In this document: positions 22,945 through 34,409 of the stretch, piece after piece
Numbering within the stretch: the first letter of the stretch is position 1
How the letters are laid out: each line of letters starts with the position of its first letter
DNA from: Octopus bimaculoides
Lineage: Eukaryota
Direction of reading: 5' to 3'
NCBI RefSeq assembly: GCF_001194135.2
Contig: NC_068985.1
Location: 19,627,801-19,668,753, forward strand
Length of the DNA stretch: 40,953 bases
Made by a program: the position numbers and the translations under genes
Notes under the pieces: model-generated
Database searches by the model: none
What the model was told of the DNA's origin: nothing
The model's input: the letters and a program-made list of their open reading frames with translations, nothing else

Positions 22945-25664
22945 TACATTATCATCATCATCATCATCGTTTAACGTCCGCTTTCCATGCTAGCATGGGT
23001 TGGACGATTTGACTGAGGACTAGTGAACCAGATGGCTACACCAGGCTCCAATCTGATTTGGCAGAGATTCTACAGCTGGATGCCCTTCTTAACGCCAACC
23101 ACCCCAAGAGTGTAGTGGGTGCTTTTACATGCCACCGGCACGAAGGAGGTACTATAACGGCCACGTACCTCATATATATGTATGTGTCTGTGTATATGCA
23201 TGCACATACGCACACGCACATACAACAGGCTTCTTTTAGTTTCTGGCTTGTAAATCCACTCACAATGCTTTAGTCGGTATGAACTATAGTAGAAGACACT
23301 TGTCCAAAGTGCCATTCAGTGGGATGGAACCCAAAACCATGTGATTGGAAAGCAAGTTTCTTAACCACATAGCCACACCTGCACCATCTATTTTATTTCA
23401 TAATGGGGGCTTTATATGGTAATATGAAATCATTTAGTAATTTGGAGAGAAGAAAGTATTGGTTAGGTGTATCAAGAATGAGGGTGAAAGATTTGTGTGA
23501 TGTTACTTCACTTGGATTCTTAGATTTTTATTGGGCTGACTTTTACCAAGATTCTAGATTTTGAGAAAATAGCAGTGTTAGAGGCTAGATCTGGATAAGG
23601 ATTACAACACCACTCCAGCAACTCCAGACGGAGTTGAGCCCAAGGCAAGGCAAAGGTATATAAAACTTTGTAGAAGTAATTGTACAACAGTGTCTCTTAT
23701 TGGAGTAAACATTTTAAATGAAAATACTACTTACTTCGCCGAAGAAGAAGAATAGTTTCCAGAGATGTCACTTCTATAAAGTCAACACTTAGAAGCTGAC
23801 CTGATGTGAGAAAATTTTGAAGTCTTTCAAAATCCTCTTTGTCAAACATCTGAAACTTAAAACATACCAATAACTGCTATACTCATGCTGTCCATTACAT
23901 AAAATACAAATTTTATAGAAATATTACTTAAAACCTAATATAATAATGGTTTCTAATTTTGGCACAAGGCCATCAATTTCGGGGTAGAGGGTGTCAAGTT
24001 GATTACATCAACCCCAGTGCTTAAAAACCAAATATAATTTCTGTTATGTTGAAGATCCAAACAACAAGGAAAATATAAATGGTGATAAGCTGATAATTAT
24101 CACCATTTACATTGCTAAAAGATTGATTTGTTGTTCAATTATAGTTAGCTTTACTATTTGGTTGGGTATCAAACCATTTTGAAGGCATCAATCGCCAACA
24201 GCAATGAATATACTATTAATGGCACCTACTTAAATAGGCTACTGTGAGGTAAGTGTCTTGGCCACAAGGGCTGTCTGCACACTATCATCACTACACAATA
24301 CAATGCTTGACAGGATATGAACCTTTTCCTCTGTTTCAACAGTTATCATAATAGCATACTGAAAGGAAGAAGGGTAGTGTCCCTAACCTGTGCAGGCCCT
24401 TCCAAGAGTGGTGAGATCAATGCTGTTGATGGTTATCTTGAACATCTGTAGGGAAAACAGAGATAGTGGAAGTCCCAGAAAGTTACAGTTCTGAATAAGA
24501 AGAATTGATGAAGAACCAGTTCTTCTTACTAGTACAGAGTTTGAAAGGTGAGATACAGTAAGGGCAATAAAGGGGAAAACAAGTGGACCCAAGTAAAGAG
24601 GGTATACAGAGAGCTAGTTTGAAGGAGCATGAATCAGTGTAGTAATGATTAAAGAGACAGAGAGAAGAAACAGTGCAACACCCAAACCACTAGGTTACAC
24701 ATCTTCATGTGTGTGTTTGTGAATTATTGAAAGAAATAATGACAAAAAGTTGTAAACTTACATTTTCTCTTTGATTATTCTCAATGTATATATCTAATTT
24801 ATTAGAATCTGTTTGCCACTGTGTTAAACTTAGTAAGAAGAGACAACTCCAGCTGTGTTCCAATAGCATCATTTGATTGACTGGTTTTAACAAAAAGAGA
24901 ATTTGGTTCGATAAAACTCGATGCAATGTCAGTGAGAGCACATTAGTACTGAGTTCAAACAAAGAATCCCACAAGTCTAAAAGATAAGAAAAGATAAAGA
25001 AAATCATTGTCTTTCTTCTTTGTTTTGTTACAGATTCTTAAAGGAAAGAAATAGTAATTTTAATCAACAAAGTTTTATACAAGATTTCTCACATCAGTAC
25101 AAATTATAGATTTATTGAGGAAGAAAAAAAACTTTTGCTTATTTTATTGAACCAAGAGAAAGCGAAAGCAAAGTTGAACTTTTCAAAATTTGAAGATGAA
25201 GTATCATAAGGAATTTGTTTTGTATTGTACCTTTTTCTGCCAACCTATCATACTTAACAGTAATTGTTTCAAATTTTGGCACAAGGCCAGCAATTTTGGG
25301 CGGAAATCATTTGATTACTTGATTACTTTATTTGACTTTGGCAGGATTTGAGTACAGAACATAAAGAGTTGTAAGAATTACCACTAAGCATTTTATTCGA
25401 TGCTCTAATGATTCTGCCAGCTCACCAAACACTGAAAAGGCCACAAGTTTCGGGAATTCTTTTATTCTTTTACTTGTTTCTGTTGAAATGCTAGAGCACC
25501 ACCTTAAAGGATTTCAGTCAAAGAAATCGACCCAGGACTTATTCTTTGTAAGCTTAATACTTATTCTATCAGTCTCTTTTGCCAAACCACTAAGTTACGG
25601 GGACATAAACATACCAACATCGGTTGTCAAACAATGGTGGTGGGAGAACAAACACAGACACAAA

Positions 25665-25733
<69 letters not shown>

Positions 25734-28700
25734 CAGGATTCTTTCAGTTTCTATCTACCAAATCTACTCACAAGGTTTTGGTTGGCCAAAAGATATAGAG
25801 AAGACTCTTGCCCAAAGTGCCATGCAAGTGAGACTGAACCCGGAACTATGTGGTCATGAAAACAAACTTTTTACCACGCAGCCATGCCTGCACCTATATA
25901 CATTATTGAAAATCAAAGTCTTTTGCCAAACATCCCTATGACCTAGTCACCAATACCCTACTTTACTGTATCTATTAGAAATCAATTGTTGGCCAGCTTT
26001 TAGAGATTGCATGGATGTATATTTCTTTTCTTCCACTAATTCTTTCTAACTTTGTTTGCACACTTTCTTTCATCCTCAACCTCTCTTCCACAATTATTAT
26101 TCATTAGTAATGGTCAACTTTGATCATGCACACAATTTACTCAAAGTTTATTGTTCTGACTAGATATAGTATTGATATGGTATTGATTACACTATTTTAC
26201 TTCTACTAAATCTGATGCATCTAAAACTACATTACTAACTTTCTGGCTTTAGCTTTCATAACTGCCATACACAATATAGAGTTAAAGTAAAACATATAAA
26301 AGAAAATGGATGTGGCTGTGTGGTAAGAAGCTTGCTTCCCAACCACATAGTTCAGGGTTCAATCCCACTGCATGGCACCTTGGGAAAGTGTCTTCTACTA
26401 AAGCCTTGGGCCGACCAAAGCCTTGTGAGTGGATTTAGTAGATGGTAATTGAAAGAAGCTTGTCTTATGTGTGTGTATGTGTCTTTGTGTCTGTGTTTGT
26501 CCCCATTCCACCACTTAACAATCAGTGCTGGTTGTCTTTACATCCCTGTAACTTAGCAGTGCAGCAAAATAGATCGATAGAATAAGTACCAGGCTTAAAT
26601 AAAAAGTACTGATGTCGATTCATTCAACTAGAAATTCTTCAAGGTGGTGCCCCAGCATGGCCACAGTCTAATGACAGAAAACAAGTAAAATATAAAATAA
26701 TCATTATAGCTTCAAAGTTACAAATTAACAGTAAATTACTTTATTAAAAGTATTTCAGTCCAAAGGTAAAGTTGACCATAGCAGTATTTCCACTCAGAAA
26801 GTAAGGAGCCAAAGCAAATGCCACTAAGCATTTTGTTGTCCAATGTGCTAATGATTCTGTCAGTTGACAGCCTTCTTAATAATAATAATAATAATAATGA
26901 TAATAATGATAATAATAATAATAATAATATTAATGGTTTCAAATTTTGCCACAAGGACGGCAATTTTTTGTGGGGAGAGGATGAGTCAATTACATTGACC
27001 CCAGTACTTATTTTATTGACCTGTATTATTATTAGAATTATTATTATTACTATTATTATTATTATTATTACTATACATGTACCAAACAAGGTATATGACA
27101 ACAACCAGGCCACAATTATCTAGGATATACCTGTTCAAAATGACAAAAAAGTAAAAGCTAATCACCCAGACAATAATCGAAGATTGGAAAACGAACACCT
27201 GCTTCCTGATAGAAATTGCAATCCCTTCTGTCCAAAAATATTGCCCAAAAAGAAATGAAGAAATTGTCAAAGCATAAAGACCTCGAAATTGAAGTATTCA
27301 TGATGTGGGGCATGAAAGGTGAAAACAATACAGTGATAATTGGAGAATTGGGCATGATAAAAAACACATGAACAAAAACGTAGAAGCTAAACCTGGACCT
27401 TCAACACTATACACTATCCAAAAAATAGCCCTACTAGGAGCAGCCCACATCCTATACAAGACACTATCAATTCAATAATACAACTCAAACAAATGCAAGA
27501 TGCTCTATATAGCAAGTATCCAATAAAATAAACAACCACCAACAAGCTAAAACACCCAACAGATGAACACAACTCGGGTTGCACACACAACACATAATAA
27601 CAGACACTAACACAACAAAATACTGCAACCAGACTCCATATCAAGACAAACTGACACAATACAATACTGGAAAGAGATTGTTGTCCCCTAACAACAAAAA
27701 AGCACACACACCAGCAACACAGAAGTGGAGCAGGTGATGCAGTAGAAATTTGCCAGAAACTACCAAATGTTGAATAATAATAATAATAACAATGATAATA
27801 ATAATCCTTTCTACTATAGGTACAAGGCCTGAAATTTGAGGGAGGGGGATAGTCGACTACATCACTACCAGTATGCAACTGGTACTTAATCTATTGACTC
27901 TGAAAGAATGAAAGGCTAAGTCGATCTCAGTGGGATTTGAACTCAGAATGTAAAGACGGATGAAATGCCGCTAAGTGCTAACGACTCTGGCAGCTCACCA
28001 CTTTCATAATAATAATAATTATATTGTTTTGAATTTTTGGCACAAGACCAGTAAGTTTAATGGGAGGGAATTAGATTATAATAATAATAATAATTCTTTC
28101 TACTATAGGTTCAAGGCCTCAATTTTGTGAGTGGGGTGCTAGTTAATTACATTCACCCCAGTGCTCTACTGGTACATATTTTGTCAACTCTGAGAGGATG
28201 GTAGCAAATTTGAGCATAGTGGCATTCAAACTCAGAATGTAAAGACAGATGATATGCTACTAAGTATTATCTCTGGTGTGTTCATGTTTCTGCCAGATCG
28301 CTGCCTAGCTTATAATAACAACATTATATCAACCCCAGTGCTCAACGGGTACTTGTTTTATTGATCTCAAGAGGATGAAAGGCAAAAATGACCTTGGCGG
28401 AATTTGAACTCCGAATGTAAAGATGGGCAAAAATGCTTAGCAGCATTTTTGTCCAGTATGCTAACAATTCTGCCAGCTCACTGCCTTAACAACAACAACA
28501 ATAATAAAGCAACAAAAGTGAACATAACATGAATTTGACCATGTTAGCCAGGAAAAAAAACTGAAGAACTAGACAGTGTAGTGTAGTTTAAGTGGTTGAT
28601 ATGATTCTATCATAAAGCAATTGTTTTATTCTCAACATTCAATCTCATACAAAATCACTTGCCAAACAAGTACAAGCCGGAAATATTATTTTTTAAACAC

Positions 28701-31700
28701 TGACACCAAGCAACAATACAACTACAGCAGCAATAATGATCTGTAACTGATATTGGCCTATACACTTTTGAGGAAGAATGTTATTGATTTAATCAACCTT
28801 ACTATTTGAAAGCTACATTTTTTTTTCTGGCCTCAGAAGGATAAAAAAAAAAAAAGTCAAACTTATTTTGAAAACAAAACTTAAAGGAACATAAAGCTCA
28901 ATGTTCTATCAATTCTGCCATTAACCATTACCCATTAAAAAAAGGGGGGGGGGCAATTATTTTTACCATTTTTTCCTGAAATTTGAACTGGCACCACAGC
29001 TTGTTGAAAAGGAAAATTTAAACTTTGGTTGAAAAAGGAACATGAGAAATGTTGCAATGGTTGAGATCTTGGAGCAACTGGTCGGAAAGCACTAATGTAC
29101 TGGAATGAATCCTTGTATTCCTTTGGTGAGGATGCTGTTAACTCTTTGTTCTTGTGGAAGAAAGAAATGGCAGTTTCTTGTTGAGTATTTCTTTTACTGC
29201 TACTAAAAGTTTTGCATGATTCACTGGTTTGGTTCATTTCAGTAAATTTGGCACAAGTTTTATTCTTCCGTGGCCCTCTTTCTTCTTGAACAGCTACAAT
29301 AACAAATTTTACATACATCCATTAATAATTTCTTATTTATAGAAATACATTAAGAAAAAAAATTTAGATTTCTATTAAAACAGAAAATTACTTTCTTTGG
29401 TTTAAAACAAAAACAAGCAATATTGATTTCAAATTTATCTATCAACAAAGAAGTTTACTTTGCAGCCTCATGGTTTCAGGTTCAGCCCTACTATGTGGTA
29501 CCTAGGTTGAGTGCCTTCTATTATAGCCCCAGGCTAAACAATGTCTTATGAGTGAATCTGATAGATGGATGTGTAGAAGCTTGTCATATATATGCATGTA
29601 TGTATGTCTTAATGTTTGTGTTTATCTTTTCCCATAACTTAGCAGATTTGTAAAAAGAGACCAATAGAAAAGTACCAGACTTAAATAAGTACTGGGTTCA
29701 ATTTATTTTACTGAACCTGCCAAGGCAGTGCTCTAGCATGGCCACAGTCCAATGAGCAAAACAAAAGAAGATGACAAATAAAAGTAAGTTTTATCAACAT
29801 TTAATAAAATGGAAAGCTGGCAGAATTGTTAGCATACGAGGCAAAATGCTTAGTGGCATTTCATGTCTTTACAATCTAAGTTCAAATTCTGCCAAGGTTG
29901 ACTTAGTCATTCATCTTTTTAGTGTCAATGAAATAAGTACCAGTTGAGCACTGGGGTTGATGTAATTGACTTAGCCTTTCCCCAAAAATTGCTGGCCTTG
30001 TGCCAACGTTTGAAACTAATATTTATAGTTCACTTACTCATTACTCTTTTAGCAAAATAAATATAAATGAAAATGTGTAGAAAACTACTATGAAGCAATA
30101 TTAAAAATATATTATAAAAATTAAATAATCACCATCTTTATTCATTTTAGCTTTGAAACATTTCTGAAGACGGCAATATGGACACCAGTTCCGTCTAGTT
30201 TTGTCAACTTGGCATTTACCTTTTGCTAGTTGAGAGAAAAAGGGAAGAAAGAGATCATGTTTTCAGTATACATCTACTTAAATGACTTCATGAAAATTGC
30301 AAGAATTATAAATGTATGTACTATTAAATTCCATTTCAAAACTATAAGCTTGCTTTCAAACATTTCAGAAGCAAACTTTTGATATAGTAATACAGATGGA
30401 TGTTGTATAGCGCTTTTAATTAACAATTTCATTAAGTATAAAAATCTAAGATAATTAAAGTCTTGAATGAAGGAAAGAAAAAACCCGCAACAAGACAGGA
30501 AACCACTACAAGGCATGCAAAAGTGTGACATTTTATCTGCTTTATTCTCTTATTAATGCATCCTTTGTTATTTACATAAAACAATAATATATGATAGGTG
30601 CAGGTGTGGCTGCGATAGACACAGGATTGGATGTGTGATTAAGAAGCATGTTTCTGAACCACATGGTTCTGGCTTCAGTCTCTTTGCATGGCACCTAGGG
30701 CAAATGTCTTCTTCTATAGCTCTAGGCTGATCAAAGCATTGTGAGTAGATTTGGTAGACAGAAATGTATGTGTGCGAGCTGTCAGAAACGTTAGCACACT
30801 GGGCGAAATGCTTGGCGGTATTTCGTCTGCCGCTACATTCTGAGTTCAAATTCCGCCGAGGTCGACTTTGCCTTTCATCCTTTTGGGGTCGATAAATTAA
30901 GTACCAGTTATGCACTGGGGTCGATGTAATCGACTTAATCCCTTTGTCTGTCCTTGTTTGTCTCCTCTATGTTTAGCCCCTTGTGGGCAATAAAGAAATA
31001 AGAAATGTGTGTGTGTGTGTGTGTGTGTGTATACATGTATGTACATCTGTATGCATGTATGTATATATATATATATATATGTATGTACTTTTTTTTATGT
31101 GGCACCAGCATGAGTGTGCTGGTGCCACATAATAAGCACCCATGCCAGTTCCACAAAGAGGTGCTTGTGCTGGTGGCATGTTAAAATCACCCAGCACACA
31201 CTGGAAAGTGGTTGGTATTAGGAAGGACATTCAGCTGTTAAAACCAAGCCAAATCAGACTGGAAACTGGTGAAGCTTGCCAGCTCTGGTCAAACTGTCCA
31301 ACGCATGCCAGCATAGAAAATGAATGTTAAAGGATGATGATGATGATGATGGATGTATGTATGTATGTGTATCACACAATGGTTATAAATGAGCATCATC
31401 ATCATATAAGCAAGGTTGTTCATTTCTAGTCTTCTATGGAAAACATGTATAGCTTCAGGAAAATATTACCATGCTTGGAAACAGGTGAGGGTTGGCAACA
31501 GGAAGGGAATCCAACTGTAGAAAGTCTGCCTTGACAATTTCCGTCTGACCCATACAAGCATGGAAAAATGAATATTGAAACAATGATGATGATGACGAAA
31601 GTCAAACAATGGTTTGAATGTCATTCTGATTGATTGTTATTTTATCACTTTAAAGTGATGGTGTGCATAATTTGTATCCAGTTACTGGTACTGTATTGTA

Positions 31701-32748
31701 TCGGCAATCTTAGTCCAATTGTATTGCATCTGCAAGCTTGGTCTCTTAGGCAACCAAGCCCACCCAACCGTAAATAGTTATCACATTATAGTAAACAACT
31801 TATTGTTGTAAGCAGTGACAAAGTGACAGCAGTGTAAATTTTATGTGTTTTGTTAGAGACTGAAATGATTGATGTTTCAGTTTCAACATCAGTTAGAAAA
31901 CCAGATCGATGTCTGCATGAAAAATGTAGACAGAGAAAGAATTGCAAATAGTTTTGAGATAAGAAATACAAAGTAAAGTTTTTAATGCAATATCTAAAAG
32001 GTGATACACATGTGTGCACACACACACACACACACACACACAAATACACACAGATACACACATGCATGTGTGTATCTGTGTGTGTTTGTCTTTTTGTTTG
32101 TCTTTTTGTTTGTCTCCCACCACCACTGCCACCACTCGACAAATAATATTGGGTTGTTTATGTCTCAGTAACTTAGCAGTGTGGCAAGAGAGACCAATAG
32201 AAAAAGTACTAGACTTTTAAAAAAATAAGTACTGGAATTGATTTGTTGAACTAAACCCTTCAAAGTGGCGCCCCAGTATGGCCACAGTCCAATGACTGAA
32301 ACAAGTAAAAGATAGAAGATAGTTAATTAAACTGAAGAATACAGTTCAAACCTAAATGGTCATCTGAAAGCAATTTCTATTTATGCACCTTGAAACTTCA
32401 AATTTCTTATAACTGTCGCATATGGCACTTAGTAAGTATTCACCAGAGTTTCTAACATTTTTTGTAAGGTTTTTGATATCATATTATTTTACTAATTTTA
32501 CTAATTTCTCCAGTATTTTAGAAATTGATTGAAACAAAGATAATGTTTTTCAACAGAAATATGGTAACAAAAGGGTTAATCATTATTCAAAATTCTGCCC
32601 AATTTACCAATACAATAATAGACCATCTTTCGACGAATACTCCGTTTAAAAAAGCAGCTACAGCCATCGCAACAATAAACTCCATAATGTTTCCCGTAGC
32701 TTTTGTCTCCACATACTTTACATGACACTGGAACCGGAAGTGTTCTTC
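19165..32748 (-). CDS. NR2E5: Nuclear receptor, NR2E group (NR2E5/HR83-like); six spliced exons, N-terminus unresolved
   Basis: All six exons have GT-AG boundaries and matching phases (1,1,1,0,1). Exon lengths 141+93+327+215+115+233 = 1124 nt, plus 1 nt from an upstream exon, give 375 codons including the stop. The DBD has P-box [17 protein letters not shown] in the second finger and T-box AVQEERGPR, a combination I recognise from HR83/NR2E5. Orthology needs phylogenetic confirmation. Confidence 0.9.
21590..21910 (-). mobile_element. LINE reverse-transcriptase remnant
   Basis: NLYADDIT motif followed by [20 protein letters not shown]. Confidence 0.65.
22240..22905 (-). mobile_element. Degraded 5' region of an RTE-like LINE
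   Basis: FRIGVW resembles the RIGTWN start of APE, preceded by a ggcaactaaaccagcatcttc 5'-UTR-like segment. Heavily decayed. Confidence 0.35.
22945..23170 (-). mobile_element. Copy of the RTE 3' UTR
   Basis: (CAT)n cgtttaacgtccgctttccatgctagcatgggttggacg...gtgccaccggcac, close to 10922-11110. Confidence 0.85.
23735..23849 (-). CDS. NR2E5: NR exon: LBD helices 7-8 ([38 protein letters not shown])
   Basis: Acceptor aagtttcag|atg, donor cgaa|gtaagt, phase 0-1. Its phases bridge the neighbouring exons exactly, and it aligns to LQ...vD..E...L..I.LF. Confidence 0.85.
24762..24976 (-). CDS. NR2E5: NR exon: LBD helices 3-5 ([54 protein letters not shown]...ENNQREN)
   Basis: Acceptor cttatcttttag|ac, donor aat|gtaagt, phase 1-0. 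NQxxLLExxWxxLFxLxxxQW aligns to the NR2E LBD. Confidence 0.88.
25440..25895 (-). mobile_element. tRNA-derived SINE (family 2, with internal microsatellite)
   Basis: Reverse complement of the 36985-37363 copy, with a central (CA)n(TA)n tract. Confidence 0.85.
26305..26700 (+). mobile_element. Family-2 SINE
   Basis: ggctgtgtggtaagaagcttgcttcccaaccac...ccagcatggccacagtctaatgacagaaaacaagtaaaa. Other copies or fragments lie near 16580, 21300, 23230, 29455, 32100, 32950, 33120, 33500, 38230 and 38900. Confidence 0.85.
27071..27773 (+). mobile_element. 3' fragment of an RLE-type non-LTR retrotransposon (R4/Dong-like)
   Basis: Frameshifted peptide [76 protein letters not shown] (PD..E/D-x-K-type nuclease), then a 3' UTR ending in (AAT)n. 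Confidence 0.7.
27800..28490 (-). mobile_element. Tandem array of family-1 SINE copies and fragments separated by (AAT)n
   Basis: Repeated aaggc...gtcga...tttgaactcagaatgtaaagac...gctaag units at about 27805, 28030, 28095 and 28320. Confidence 0.8.
28967..29293 (-). CDS. NR2E5: NR exon: T-box and hinge ([12 protein letters not shown]...VPVQISGKN)
   Basis: Acceptor ttattgtag|ct, donor aatg|gtaaaa, phase 1-1. Confidence 0.88.
30133..30225 (-). CDS. NR2E5: NR exon: zinc finger 2 ([31 protein letters not shown])
   Basis: Acceptor tctctcaactag|ca, donor gatg|gtgatt, phase 1-1. Not in the ORF track; read manually. Confidence 0.95.
30595..31014 (+). mobile_element. Family-1 SINE (30774-31001) nested in a family-2 SINE
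   Basis: Family-2 head at 30595-30770, then a CpG-rich family-1 copy flanked by agaaatgtatgtgt / agaaatgtgtgtgt. Confidence 0.85.
31085..31350 (+). mobile_element. Copy of the RTE 3' UTR
   Basis: ggtattaggaaggacattcagctgttaaaacc...catgccagcatagaaaatgaatgttaaaggatgatgatgatg. Confidence 0.75.
32608..32748 (-). CDS. NR2E5: NR exon: zinc finger 1 ([46 protein letters not shown])
   Basis: Acceptor ttttcacag|ga, donor attg|gtaaat, phase 1-1. Confidence 0.95.
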
Positions 32749-33723
32749 CTGTGAAAAGAAAGTGTACCCACATAAGAGCAGCTTTGAATAATTTTCTATG
32801 CATTATCAACAATTAAACATCTGTAACAACTCTTATTGTTATTTCTACTAAACAAGAAACCATACAATAAGGTTAACATAAAAGGAAACAAACAAAACAG
32901 TCTACGCTATGAATTGTGTTTAAAATATTGAGCAACTTATTAAGCATGTAGGTGTATGTATGGCTGTGTGGGAAGAAGTTTGCTTCCTAACTGCATGATT
33001 CTGGGTTCAGTCTCACTGCGTGTCACCTTGGGCAACTGTCTTTTCTTATAGCCTCAGTGTGACCAAAGCCTTGTGAGTAATTTGGTAGATGGAAACTGAA
33101 AGAAGCCTGTCATGTATATCTTTTATCTTTTACTTGTTTCAATCATTAGACTGCGGCCATACTGAGGCACTGCCATGAATTTTTAGTCAAATGAATGTAT
33201 TGACCCCAGTACTTCTATTTTAAGCCTTGTACTTATTCTATCAGTCTCTTTTTGCCAAATTGCTAAGTTACAGGGACAAAAACACACCAACACCAGTTGT
33301 CAAGCGGTGGTGGTGGGAGACAAACACAGACACAAAGGCTCACACATAGATATATACACATATATATACACGACAGGTTTCTTACCAAATCCACTCACAA
33401 GGTTTTGGTTGGCTTGAGGCTATAGTACAAGATACTTGCCCAAGGTGCCACACAGTCACACAGCCTTGCCTGTGCTTATATATATATATATATATATATG
33501 CATGTGTGTGTGTGTTTGTTTGTCCCCTACTACCACTTCATAACCAGTGCTAGTCTATTTATGTCCTCATAACTTAGCAGTTCATCAAAAGAGATTGATA
33601 GAATTAGTATTGGGCTTAAAAGGATAAGTACTGGGGTCGATTCATTTGATTAAAAAGTTCTCCAAGGCAGTGCCCTTGCATAGACGCAGTCTAATGACTG
33701 AAACAAGTAAAAGATAAAAGATG

Positions 33724-33726
<3 letters not shown>

Positions 33727-33815
<89 letters not shown>

Positions 33816-33829
33816 TGTGTGTGTGTGTG
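33727..33829. repeat. (TG)n microsatellite
   Basis: About 50 nearly perfect TG units. Confidence 0.97.
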
Positions 33830-33896
33830 TTAAATAAAATGAGACAACAAAGCCATGGCTGTGTGGAATTTTCAGGAATTTATAAAAAGAAAGTTA

Positions 33897-33944
33897 ATCT
33901 TACTGCTGTTTTGGGGATATTAGGGATATCCCTTCATCAGAGAT
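33897..33944 (-). ncRNA. Degenerate minimal type-I hammerhead ribozyme (Penelope pLTR-type)
   Basis: Minus strand reads AUCU-CUGAUGA-A-GGGAUA(UCCCUAA)UAUCCC-C-AAA-ACAGCAGU-A-AGAU: 4-bp stem I, intact CUGAUGA core, 6-bp stem II. The GAAA box appears as AAAA and stem III is a near-palindrome. Confidence 0.55.
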
Positions 33945-34409
33945 GATGTGAGATAGTTAAATAGAGTTCAATATGAGGAGTTATTTTGGAAAAGGAAGCA
34001 AATAAAGAGTATATAGAGAAATAGGAGAATGAATGTAGAGATAAAAATAAAAATGTATAAAGACGTTACAGTTGCAGTTTCATTATCTAAGGAAAGTAGT
34101 GTGTAGAAGTGGTAGAAATGCTTCCTGTCCGTGGTATGTAAATTCCAATAGGAGTTCATATTTTGTCATCACAAATGGAAAGTGTGGAGATGCAGATTCA
34201 ATATGCCGTTCATTCAATGGGGTCTTGTGGTTTGAAAAAAAATTTGAGAATGTAGTGGTAGTATTAAGTGGATAGAGAGGGGAGAAGAGATGTGTATGTT
34301 AAAATGAAGAGAAAGGTCAAAGGAAAAAGTGAGAAAAGAAGAAGGAAAAAAGGAAGAGGGAATGAAAACAAGAAGAGAAAATGAAAAAGTGTAAGGAAGT
34401 GAAAAAATA

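Noticed and set aside
27071-28490. Dong-like element as the direct mobiliser of family-1 SINEs
   Set aside because: No shared 3' sequence is visible and the tails correspond to opposite strands of the microsatellite.
32749-32812. In-frame ATGs (MLIMHRK..., MWVHFLF) as the receptor start
   Set aside because: The segment just upstream of the zinc-finger exon is a polypyrimidine tract with a canonical cag acceptor, so it is more likely intron. Not fully excluded.
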